This document shows, piece by piece, positions 26,801 to 37,867 of a stretch of DNA of 64,000 bases. Within the stretch, counting starts at the first letter, position 1, and each line of letters opens with the position of its first letter. The translations under genes and the position numbers were made by a program. The notes beneath the pieces are model-generated. The model was given only the letters and a program-made list of their open reading frames with translations. It was not told the DNA's origin and did not search any database. This DNA comes from Strigamia acuminata (Eukaryota), in contig OX442314.1 of NCBI GenBank assembly GCA_949358305.1, positions 28,458,001 to 28,522,000 on the forward strand. The letters are read 5' to 3'.

Positions 26801-28242
26801 TACCGCTGCAAAAACATCATTAAATCTCCCACTACAGAGCTACAAACGAGATTATGTGACGTCATTTGGCCTTACCTAAGCCGTTCAGCATCTGAATTAA
26901 CAGTTCTTCCGTTTTGGCACTCGCTACGATGTAGTTTGGTTGAACTTGATAAATAACTAAATAAAAAAAATTAATTTATATATAAAAAAAAAATAATAAT
27001 CTTGATTGCACGTGTATCGAGGTAAATATGACGTGCTCGAGGAACTTTTAGTCCTTGGCACAATAACATTTACAGTAAAAGTCACGGCGTCACGTCCTTG
27101 GGATCAAAGTGAACCGAGCTTTGTATTCCACATTCGAGACTTGACCACAAACTTTGCATCTATTTATTCAAAATGACGTCACGTTTCGTTCCCAAACGGC
27201 AAAAATTTGAATTTCCCCCTCTTTTTCTCGAATAAGTTCGTCTAAATTTGTGAAAATCTCGAATTCCGTAAGAAAATTGCACTTACGTAACGGAAATTTG
27301 AGCTTAAATGGTTGGAAATTATAGTTATTACCCTGTCTGAGAACTTCGAAATCAGATGCTATTTCGTACGTGTCAGTCATGATGAAAATTTGATGACAAT
27401 TGGCGTCGTAGTACGCGATTCCGAGTTTACTTCCGGCCCAAAACAAACTGAGATAAATCTGGAAAGAAGTAATAGATGTGAATAGAAATTTATTTGGCGA
27501 AAATAAATAGATGGACAGTTGTGTAAATTTGTTGAATGGATACGATTCGTGAGTTCTTTTACCCGCAGCCTCGTTTTCGGCCCAAAAGGATGTAATAATG
27601 AGGCTGGAGTGATGAAATTGAACCCAACAAAAAATTTTAAATGTTAGTTTGGTAGGAATTTTTGCAATATTTGCCACTAGGGGTTAGGAAATGCACTTTG
27701 ACCCCATTTTTTTTTAACAGGTTGGAATGGAGAAATTAAAAATTAAAAATAAAGTAAAAAAAAATTCGAAAAAATCGAAAAGAAATTCGAAAAAATCGAA
27801 AAAAAATTCGAAAAAATCGAAAAAAAATTCGAAAAAATCGAAAAAAAAATTCGAAAAAATCGAAAATAAATTCGAAAAAATCGAAAATAAATTCGAAATA
27901 AACGAAAAAAAATTCGAAATAATTTGAAAAAGTGAACAAAACCGAACAAAACTAAAAAAAAAAAAAAAACACTGAAGAAATTTCCAGAAATTTAAAAAAA
28001 TTTAAAAAATTTGAAAAAAATTGAAAAAAAATTCGAAAAAATTTGAAAAAATTAAAAAAAATTCGTACAAAACTTACCCCAGTGAAAAACAAACAAAAAT
28101 TCCAAAAATTTAAAAAAAAAATTAAAAAATTAAAAGAACAATGTTTTTTTTCCCCTCCCCCAGAGTCCCAGACCCATTTGCTTACTTCTTCAGTTTCATC
28201 ATCTGAAAAGACGTCTGCTCGTTGTGATGCGTTAATATTCAT
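17888..28242 (-). CDS. MSH5: MutS protein homolog 5 (meiotic crossover), ~25 coding exons
   Basis: Spliced exons give [64 protein letters not shown], Walker [26 protein letters not shown], Walker [22 protein letters not shown] and C-terminal [13 protein letters not shown]; stop at 17888; first in-frame ATG at 28242 (start somewhat uncertain). Confidence 0.95.
18755..18941. mobile_element. 187-bp Tc1/pogo-type MITE (close copy at 42449-42635)
   Basis: TIRs CAGTGTAAGCTC / GAGCTTACACTG, TA TSD. Confidence 0.88.
19912..20233. mobile_element. MITE in MSH5 intron
   Basis: Short TIRs TAGTGTAAGCT / AGCTTACACTA. Confidence 0.5.
20912..21164. mobile_element. MITE in MSH5 intron
   Basis: Inverted ends ACGTATTATTTTCATGACG / CGTCATGAAAATAATACGT; TSD unclear. 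Confidence 0.65.
21542..21825. mobile_element. Tigger/pogo-like MITE
   Basis: TIRs CAGCGAGTCCCCTACATACGAAC / GTTCGTATGTTGGGGACTTACTG, TA flanks. Confidence 0.75.
23355..23555. repeat. 19-20-bp minisatellite (AAATTTCTCAAATTCATCAA)
   Basis: Tandem units in MSH5 intron. Confidence 0.9.
25090..25565. repeat. 20-bp minisatellite (AAAAAATTGAAATTTTAATG)
   Basis: More than 20 tandem units in MSH5 intron. Confidence 0.95.
27755..28065. repeat. A-rich 9-10-bp tandem repeat (AAAAATTCG / AAAAAATCG)
   Basis: Visible tandem units; source of spurious K-rich and F-rich ORFs. Confidence 0.9.
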
Positions 28243-28500
28243 ATTTTTTCTATACGTCCTAAAAATAAAAATACAATTTAATGAAAAATAAAAATCATAA
28301 AAACATAGGGGATAGGAAATTTGCATTACAATGCCAGCTAGACAAAATCAATGAAATTGGAGCCACCTGACACTCGGTCTCGGCCCATAGACTTTGTGTC
28401 TGCATTTATATCGACACAAATGACTCACAATTTGCACCCAAAATGAAAAAAACTAAACCCAAAAATAAATATAAAATTTCCAACTAAATTTAATACCACG

Positions 28501-28538
<38 letters not shown>

Positions 28539-29309
28539 AAAAAGACAAAAAAATTATTTTCAAAAACATTTTCTATCTCGAATTACGCAAACCCAGATAA
28601 CACAAACCTAATTCTGATCCAAAAATTGCATTATAATCCCTTAATCAACCCATGTGATAGATCAAACTGATTTTAAAAAAAAAAAAACACCAAACAAACA
28701 AAATAAACAAAATGGCGTCACGTTTTGACATGTTTTAACCACATTTAATCAAATCCCCTAACCAATTTTAATATCCACTTCCACAAACAAAATCTACTTT
28801 GTTTTTGACCATATTAAAACATAAAAAATGTTTTAAAAAAATGCGATCCTCTTTCCGGTGTTGAAAAGAGGTTTGGTTTTGACCTTGAACCAACGTCACA
28901 CAATTCATTTCCTAGGCCCATTCTGATCCCGATTGAATCACCACGTCAACCTTCAAAACCCCTCACATTTATCCCAAACCACCCCCAAACCCCTTATAAA
29001 AATTCCCCTCAAAGAAAAAGCCAAAATAAAACCACCTGAATATTAAAAAAAACGAGCTGAAAACTCGGAAAAGCAACGATTCGAGGTAGCCATGAAAATA
29101 AGTTTAATTCCGAGTACGATCAGACAATAGCCAAACCCTCATCCAATCCCGACTCATCTCTCTATGAACCGCTCTCTCCCATTGGCTCGCGCCAACCATC
29201 CCCCATAAGCCACCTCGCCCCACAACTTTCAACTTCACGTGACGTCTTTATTCCTCGAATACCCACAATCCACCCAACCCGATAAACATAAAGATGCCGT
29301 CATCACCGA

Positions 29310-29393
29310 CCAATCAAACGTCTCCAAAATGACATCATTCTAAAAATAACCAGCATGACTCATATATACATAGCCAAACCAGCCCGTGACTCA
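29310..29393 (+). promoter_or_regulatory. Jun proximal promoter: CCAAT, TGACATCA (Jun/ATF2-type TRE), MEF2 site, AP-1 sites, TATA-like
   Basis: CCAAT 29310-14; TGACATCA 29330-37; CTAAAAATAA 29340-49; TGACTCA 29356-62 and 29387-93; TATATA 29363-68; also CACGTGACGTC at 29236. Confidence 0.75.
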
Positions 29394-29452
29394 TATTACC
29401 CTGTGTTGTGCATACAGACAGATCGAGTATTGTGAGTGCCAGTCCCCGTGCG

Positions 29453-30178
29453 ATGGAGACGACATTCTACGACGACGTTGGCAAACAGTCGATGAAAAAC
29501 ATGCGCAAAAACATGACTCTGGACTTCAGCAACCCGCAGCGGCCGACGAAAAAGGCCAAAGTGAGTCACAACACAACACTGCTCAGTTCCCCCGACCTCA
29601 ACATGCTCAAACTCGCCTCGCCCGAACTCGAGAAGTTGATCATCCAACAAAACAATGGCGTCGTGACAACAACGCCCACCCCGACCCAGTTCATCTTCCC
29701 GAAAAACGTGACCGAGGAGCAGGAACTGTACGCGCGCGGCTTCGTCGACGCGCTCGCCGAGCTCCACAACTCCGACTCGGGCCTGAGCGAGAGCGGCGCC
29801 AGCGTCACGACAAATGGCGGCGGCGGCAACAACAACTCGTTCCCGTCGCCATTTTTCCCGGTTAACATCAAAGAGGAGCCACAAACGGTGCCCAGTTTGA
29901 CCGGATCGCCTCCGATGTCGCCCATCAACATGGAATCGCAGGAGAAAATCAAGTTGGAGAGGAAAAGGCAGCGGAATAGGATCGCGGCGAGTAAGTGTCG
30001 GAAGCGGAAGTTGGAGCGGATCTCGCGATTGGAAGACAAGGTGCGACTTTTGAAGGGGGAGAACAGCGAGTTGGGCAACGTTGTGAGCAAGTTGAGGGAA
30101 CAGGTGTGTCATTTGAAGGAACAGGTGATGACACATGCGAATAGAGGCTGTCAGATGATGGTTACGACGAATTTTTGA
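29453..30178 (+). CDS. jun: Transcription factor Jun (AP-1 bZIP), intronless, ~241 aa
   Basis: METTFYDD start, delta-domain-like [11 protein letters not shown] sites LLSSPDL and [23 protein letters not shown], basic region [24 protein letters not shown] and leucine zipper. Confidence 0.98.
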   Translation: METTFYDDVGKQSMKNMRKNMTLDFSNPQRPTKKAKVSHNTTLLSSPDLNMLKLASPELEKLIIQQNNGVVTTTPTPTQFIFPKNVTEEQELYARGFVDALAELHNSDSGLSESGASVTTNGGGGNNNSFPSPFFPVNIKEEPQTVPSLTGSPPMSPINMESQEKIKLERKRQRNRIAASKCRKRKLERISRLEDKVRLLKGENSELGNVVSKLREQVCHLKEQVMTHANRGCQMMVTTNF

Positions 30179-31076
30179 GCCGCAATTGGATTTTTTGTGG
30201 ATTTTTTCTGCAGTTTTCCGTGCCGGGGTACGTTGTTCGGGTTTTCCGACTACCCCGTGGATGAAGGCAACAAAATGGATGATTTTGTTGGGTTTTTTTT
30301 ATTTTATTATTGTTATTTTTTTTTATTTTGGATAAAAAATATTCATCGTCGCATTCGTATAGTCTTTTAAAACGTGTAAAATTTTTACATTTAGACTGGT
30401 TTGAGAAGTGTAAACTAGTTTGAATGACTTTTTACGAATGCGTCGAATGTTTTTCGCTGTTTATGCTAAAAGCAGAAATATATTTATTCTTTTTCGTTTT
30501 AAAACGAAAATTAAAGCGTTTTTACTCGTCTACATTGATTTTTGAGCTCAAATCGTGTGAATATAATGTCTAAAGTGGCTAAAAAAAATTTACATCTATG
30601 CAATAATATTTTTATTCAAAATGATGAGGATAATATTATGAAAATATTATTTTTCTGCTTTGTTTTTTCATTGAAACTTTGCTATCAAACATTGTAAATA
30701 AAATTTTATAAAATTTCTAGATAAGTCTTTGTATTGCTTTACAATTAAATAAATTAAATGAAAAAAAAAATAACTATGCAATATTATAAGAAAAAAATAT
30801 ATATATATAAAATAAATTTATATATACAAATATATATATATTTAATTTTTTTCTTCTTTTTTTTATAAAAAAAAAATGAACTAAAAATGTGCCTATGCTA
30901 TAAAAAAAAATGCTATCAAAGTGATCTGTATGAAAATGAAGAATATAATTATTTTTAATTAAAAATTATATACTGAAAAAAGAAAAACTAGAAAATGATT
31001 TATGCCTCCTTTTTTATTAAACTGCGGTCTGTTTATTCATCACAAACTCGTGATTTACGCTCTCCCACACTGTATA

Positions 31077-31244
31077 CAGTCGAAACTCTTTATAACAAAT
31101 CGCGATATAACGAATTATCGACATAACGAACACCTAAAAATGGCCGGTTTGGTCGGCTGGCCATAGAACACCATGTTAAAAAATTTCGATATAACGAATC
31201 GATTTTTCTGGTCCCTTGCGATTCGTTATAAAGAGTTTCGACTG
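31077..31244. mobile_element. Tc1/pogo-type MITE (longer copy at 45422-45969)
   Basis: TIRs CAGTCGAAACTCTTTATAAC / GTTATAAAGAGTTTCGACTG, TA TSD. Confidence 0.88.
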
Positions 31245-33849
31245 TACAATCCGCGACTGAAATATTTCGTTTTTCAGTTAAAACTATGGCGCGAAGTGGA
31301 CCGTAACCTAAATTATAAACTCCCGTGTTTTTGGGACAAATCGTGTGACGGATTGCTTCGGTCTACTTTCGCTTTTAATGCACGGATAAGAGTTTTTAAG
31401 AGCTACGCCGATTAAACCGGTGGCGTAGCAAGCTCGTCGTTTTCCCCGAAAACAACGCCGTGGTTTTCAAAAAATTTTTAGTTGTTCGATTATTATTGTA
31501 TTCGATGTCCTTATCGTTGTTTTTTATCATATATCGTTATTTTTTTATGTTTTTTTCAACTTTTTTCAACTTTTGTTGCATTTTGTGACGTTTATTTCCA
31601 TCTTTTTCACCTTTTTGACTATTTTTCCTATATTTTTACCTTTATTGGTTGGTTTTTCACAACTTTTCTCAAAAGCACATACCGTCAATACTCAAATATA
31701 GAACGTGGGACTCTGATACAACGCCGGTCTGAATTGACCAAAATTCAATATCGAAATTGATCAAAAACCCTAAAAAAAAATTTCGCGGGCAATCTGGATT
31801 TTGTAATTAGATTACAGTGTTTACGGTAACGCAACACTATGGTGTTATGTTTGGGGGGGGGGGGGAACGGTAAGGGGGCCGTGGAATTGAGAAGGGAAAT
31901 CCTAGCTACGGCTCTGCTAAATGGCCCAGCAACCAAACTTAATCATTAACTTTTTGCTACGCCACTGGATTTAATTATTTTAATTATTTTTTATTCAGCA
32001 GAAATTTGGGCTCGCAATAAACAATAAATAAATAATAATAAAAAAATTATATTTTTCCAAAAAAATTGATGATTTAATCTAGATCGAGATTTTCTTTATA
32101 GTCTACGATCATCAATTTTCGATTAGACAATCACCCTAGTGGTAAATTTGGGAATAATGACCTCTAGATATCGAGCCTGAACTTCGCAACCTTGGTTTGA
32201 TCATTTTTATATATTTCTACAGTAGCGTAGCAATCGGGGTGCAGCACGTGGCCCATGGGCCCCCACAGAGGATGAAAATATACATATAAGTACACCCAAT
32301 TCTCTTTTCACACGGTATTTATTTACACGATTTTGATTTAACATGGCAGCAGAGGATGAAGAGATCGTCACAATTGGAATAAAATCACTTTTAGTGAAAA
32401 ATAAAGAATAAATAGTGTGCAACTAATTTATGGCGCTTATTAAATGCAGCTAGTGTCTTTTTTTAACGTTTTTTTTTTTTAAATTGATTCTGCAAAATGA
32501 GAAAACGCTTTGCATAATTTATTTATAATTTTAGCTTTCTAAGATATATAATTATATGTATGAATATTGAGGACAGGCCCGTCAGATTAGATGCGCATCA
32601 GGAAATTTGGGAAAGAGAAAATAGCTTTTCATTAACAGGATTTCCTCCAATTTGTTTTTTTTTTTGTTTTTTTTATTATATTATTTATTTGTTTATTTTT
32701 TTTTAAGCCTAACAGATGGTGTTTGGGATTTCAGTCATAAACGAGTATTCATTCTGAACTGCGTTTGTCCTGAAAAAAGCATCAAACAGCTTTTCAATAC
32801 CAAACTCAATCTGTCATATTAAATAAAGAAAAATAACCCATGACGTCCTAATGTTACAACTATTATAAACATAAACAACAATTTCGAATTGATGCGTGGC
32901 GATGGAGCGCCATCTAGTAGCACGATTAGAAAATGCGATTCAAAGGTGAAATACTCATCTTTCTGCATTTTTTCACAGAAAATTCTCTTGTTTTTTGGAA
33001 AATTGAGTTAATTTCAGGGCTATGAGTGATCGTTGAAGAGAGGAGTATATATAACATACAAATACAATTAGAATAAATGGAAATATTTGAATTATAAAAA
33101 AATTATGCAAAGTTATTTACGTTTTGGACAAATATTGTTATACGGTCAAATCGACAAGCTGTTGCTGCCATGTTGGCGAATAAATTTGACACATCCCTAA
33201 CTGTAAGATTAATGATAAAATTATAGTTGTTGGGAGCTTTTTACTTACGAGTTTAAGACGTTCTGTTGCTCGGTCGAAAGTGATGGTGCTGTCCTCGTGG
33301 GGGGAAATTATGAAACAGTAGCAGTGCGTCGTAACCGTAACAGTGGTTTTAATATTAATATTATAGTTAGCTAATTAATTAATACAGGGTGAATTAATTT
33401 AATTTATGAAATTTTGAGAGCAAAGAAAAATTTTATGCTTATTTCTTATTTTTATCGAGAAATAAATAAATATATGAGTGTAAGATTAAATTGTCCCGTT
33501 TCAGTTTAAGGTTCATCACCCTAATGATTTTGGACAATTTATTTTCTGGACTTCTCTGATTGGCTGAGACTTTAGCGATGAAATAAAAGTTGTTCACTTG
33601 TATTTTTTATTTTTAATAAAAAAAAAATGAAAACACAAATTGATGGTTGAATGAGAGGTCCAGAGACTAGGCCAATACACTCGTAGAATATTAATGATCT
33701 AATTATTTGTGTAATATAAAAATTTATTTGTCTGAGCTTATATAATTATTACACAAACAAAATTGGATAATAAAGTATTTTATGACAACTTGCATTTCAT
33801 TTTTTTGAAGGTTCAATTTTTGTTTAAAAAATATATAATTTTTTTTAAC

Positions 33850-34330
33850 AATTCTGTTGGGTTTTATTAAATTCTAAATTCTATTGGGTTTTATTAAATT
33901 TTATTGGGTTTTATTAAATTTTATTGGGTTTTATTAAATTTTATTGGGTTTTATTAAATTTTATTGGGTTTTATTAAATTTTATTGGGTTTTATTAAATT
34001 TTATTGGGTTTTATTAAATTTTATTTGATTTTGTTGAGTTTAAATAGGTTTTATTAAGTTTTATTGGGTTTTATTAAATTTTATTGGGTTTTATTAAAAT
34101 TTATTTGGTTTTATTTACTTTTATTGGGTTTTATTTACTTTTATTGGGTTTTATTAAATTTTATTGGGTTTTATTTACTTTTATTAAGTTTTATTAAATT
34201 TTATTGGGTTTTATTAAATTTTATTTGATTTTGTTGAGTTTAAATAAATTTTATTAAGTTTTATTAGGTTTTATTAAGTTTTATTGAATTTTATTAAATT
34301 CTATTGAGCTTTATTAAATTTTATTGTGTT
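33850..34330. repeat. 20-bp minisatellite (TTTTATTGGGTTTTATTAAA)
   Basis: Tandem units with 10-bp sub-period. Confidence 0.95.
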
Positions 34331-35489
34331 TATCAACTTTTATTTACTTCTATTTAGTTTATAAAATTATAAAAACAAATTAGTTTAATTTCACATTCAC
34401 TAAAATCCATTCCAACAAAAAATCTTCTAAAAAACATTCTAAATTTAGAATTTTTTTTCTTCATTTTTAATCCCCAACTTTCACTTGTCAGCGAAGATCA
34501 AAAAACCCCCCAAAAAAATCCTTACTTTATATTCTTGACCTACAACTGAGGGGTGGAATTCGGTCCTGCCAACCAGCCGAGCATCTTCCCACCACCATCA
34601 TACCATACCCCAACCTCCTCCTTACATCATAAAAAAAAGAAATCAACCTTTTGCCCATTACTGACCCACTTCCAAAGGCTTTCATCTTCCAGACAAAAAA
34701 AACCCCACCACGTGCAACGAAGACATAATCACCGCCTTTCACACACTCTTTATGTCTCTATACTATTTCATATTAAAAACAAAAAAACAAAACAAAAGAT
34801 CAACGAACTTGATGATTCAATTAATTTATAAATGCTAAAATCGTGCGATATTTCTATCCGAATTTTGACGGAGACATTTTCCAGATTTTGGGACATTTTG
34901 GTGGACAATGGGACGTTTGGGGTGAGACTTGAAACGGGATCAAACCGCTTTAGTGGCGCTGCGTGTTACAACTATTAAGCGATGCGAAACCGCGGCCAGA
35001 CTGGCAGTAAACTGATTTCGAGACGGGGAAAAAACGTGATAAACTGCAATTATATCGGGTTCCGAACGTGGTGGAATTTAATTGCGCGTTTTATTGCTTG
35101 TTATTTTATTTCGATACAAATTAGTTGGAATTGGAAATCACGTTTAATTAGATTGGGATTGTTGAGTGAGTTGGAATTGGTGGTGCATTCGTCGACTGCG
35201 TGTTGTTAGTGGCTGGGGTGGATTGATAATGCGAGTGATCGGGGATCCGTCGACGGGGTGACTGCACGTGTGTGTGAGTTGGGATGATTTAAAATGCCCG
35301 GGTTGATGTTACGTCTTGATCCGCCCCTGGAAAGCGCGTCACTTTCGGTTTGAGTCAAGGTCGTTTGAGTTTGATGTCGGTAACAATTTGGGATTTTATG
35401 AGAAAATAATAAGAAGTAAATTGTATTAAATTCAACGCTGTGTAGTTTTAGATATATTAGGGTTGGTAGATGTTAGAAATCAAGCTATA

Positions 35490-36352
35490 AAGTGCACTTT
35501 TGCACCAGTAACTGTAGTATTTTAATTTCATCAAAAGATGCAGTTTTGCACCAAAAGAGCTGCAGTTTTGCAACAAAAACAGCACTTACTATAGTATGCA
35601 CCAAAATCAACAGTTTTGCACCAAAACAGCTGCAGTTTTGCACCAAAAGAGCTGCAGTTTTGCACCAAAACCTACAGTTTTGCAACAAAAACAGCACTTA
35701 CTATATAGTATGCATCAAAATCAACAGTTTTGCACCAAAAGCAATAGTTTTGCACTAAAAGCTGCAGTTTTGCACCAAAGCTACAGTTTTGCACCAAAAG
35801 CTGCAGTTTTTCACCGAAGCCGCAGTTTTGCATCAAAAGCTGCAGTTTTGCTTCAAAAATATACTTTTTGAATCAAAATTATACTTTTGCACCACACTGT
35901 AATTATGAATCAAAAAGTACATTTTATATATTAAAAAAAAAATTGCATATAATAAAAATCATTTTTGCAGGTAAAAAGTGCATTTTGCAAGTTAAAAGTG
36001 CATTTTGCAAGTAAAAAGTGCATTTTGCATGTAAAAAGTGCATTTTGCAAGAAAAATGTGCACTTGGCAAGTAAAATGTGCACTTGGCAAGTAAAATGTG
36101 CACTTTGCAAGTAAAATGTGCACTTTGCAACTAAAATGTGCACTTTGCACATAAAATGTGCACTTTGCACATAAAATGTGCACTTTGCACATAAAATGTG
36201 CACTTTGCAAGTAAAATGTGCACTTTGCACATAAAATGTGCACTTTGCAAGTAAAATGTGCACTTTGCAAATAAAATGTGCACTTTGCAAGTAAAATGTG
36301 CACTTTGCAAGTAAAATGTGCACTTTGGAAATAAATGTACACTTTGCAGGTA
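35490..36352. repeat. Two adjacent ~20-bp minisatellites (GCTGCAGTTTTGCACCAAAA; GTAAAATGTGCACTTTGCAA)
   Basis: Tandem units; explain repetitive ORFs 35485-36556. Confidence 0.93.
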
Positions 36353-37785
36353 AAAAGGGTAAATTTTGCACTCGCATCTATTCAGCACATCAGTTGCACC
36401 TGGTCGTTTAGTGCAAATTACTTTTCGAATGCACCTAATGTTTTCTAACTCATTCAAGTGTTGCCGTAAAGTGACCGAAAGTTCTTGGTTTAATTTCAGT
36501 TTTTCTAACACCGACCTCTGGTATGTTAAAATGAGCAGCATTTCTGCAATTATCATATCACAGTTTTGAGGTTATTTCACTCGGAAAAAGAATTTGCCAT
36601 CAAAAAAAATAATTGGCATATAATCTAACGTTAATGTATTATTTCAAATTTTAAAAAATTTGTGACGAAATATTTTTATCAGATTAATTTATTTTGTTAA
36701 AAAATTGTGTCAACAGATATTTTAAAGTGACATGTTGGGTCGTGTAATACTGGGGCACGCCATTTTTTTCAGGAACTTTTTTCTCTCCCCTTAATTGCAC
36801 GACCAAAAAAAAAATATATAAAAAAAATAAAATAAAATAAAATAAAATAAACAAAAAAAAATTTTTTTTTAATTATAAATTTAAAATAAAAAATAAAAAA
36901 TTGTGTAAATGATGTAAATGATGTAAATAGACGCTTTTTGAATTACGCCGCGATACAAAATATCTCAAGGAGCCAAGTTTTGATACCTGCCCGGTAAAAA
37001 ATTATAAAGTATAAAATTATAATTATTTTATAAAATAAAAAATAAAAATAAATTATAAATTTAAAATAATAAAAAAAAATTAAATTATAAATTTAAAATA
37101 AAAAATAAAAATTATGTCAGAAAAATTGATGTTCCAAAGTCCAAACATTTCAAAACACACACAAAAAAAAATTTTAATATTCAAATTCCAACAACCTAAA
37201 AAAAAAAAAATTAGAACACTTTTTCCTGAGTTATAATGATTAAATGATAAATTGAAACCCACCAAAAACTTTCCCCAACTTTTTAATATTAAAATTTCCT
37301 CAATTCAAAAAAAAAAAAATTCTAATTACAACAAATTTAAATAAAACACATTTTTCAACATTTTAAAACAAATGCATAAATGCAATCCAATTTCAAACAA
37401 CAATTCAATGCAATTAAACACTATTCAAATTCTGATCTCCCAAATGATAACATCAATTCCAAGAAAATTCATTAACTCATCACAAAGAAAAGAAGCCATT
37501 AAAATGCTTGTCAACATAATGCCATCAAGTTGCCAAGCACAGCAAGACTGAAATGTTGAAAAGGAAAAGATTGGGGGGTGAAAGAGCCCACAAAAAAATG
37601 GGCTGAATTTGATTTGATGGCCGTCAGGTGTGGTCCTATCCCCCCATACAAGTGAAAGTTGGTCAGTAGGTTAAACTCTAAACCTTACCCCTACCTCTTT
37701 GTCATGTCAGAATTCCTTCTTCTCATTGGCTACCTTCTGGTAACCGCCCTGGCCAACTACGACATGAAATATTGTCTTCCACCAA

Positions 37786-37825
37786 TATAAAAAGACCCTC
37801 AAACTGCACTGAAGGCATCACTTTC
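37786..37825 (+). promoter_or_regulatory. TATA box and initiator-like element of the cuticular protein gene
   Basis: TATAAAA at 37786 and ATCACTT about 30 bp downstream, ~50 bp before the ATG. Confidence 0.65.
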
Positions 37826-37867
37826 AAGCAGATCATCTCCAGATCCACATCACCTGCTCTTGCAATC

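Noticed and set aside
29386..30136. Long alternative-frame and antisense ORFs over Jun, and the GTG start at 29408
   Set aside because: Expected shadows of a GC-rich CDS; the ATG at 29453 matches the conserved METTFYDD
32700..32822. Possible plus-strand terminal exon followed by AATAAA
   Set aside because: No upstream exons or recognisable protein found
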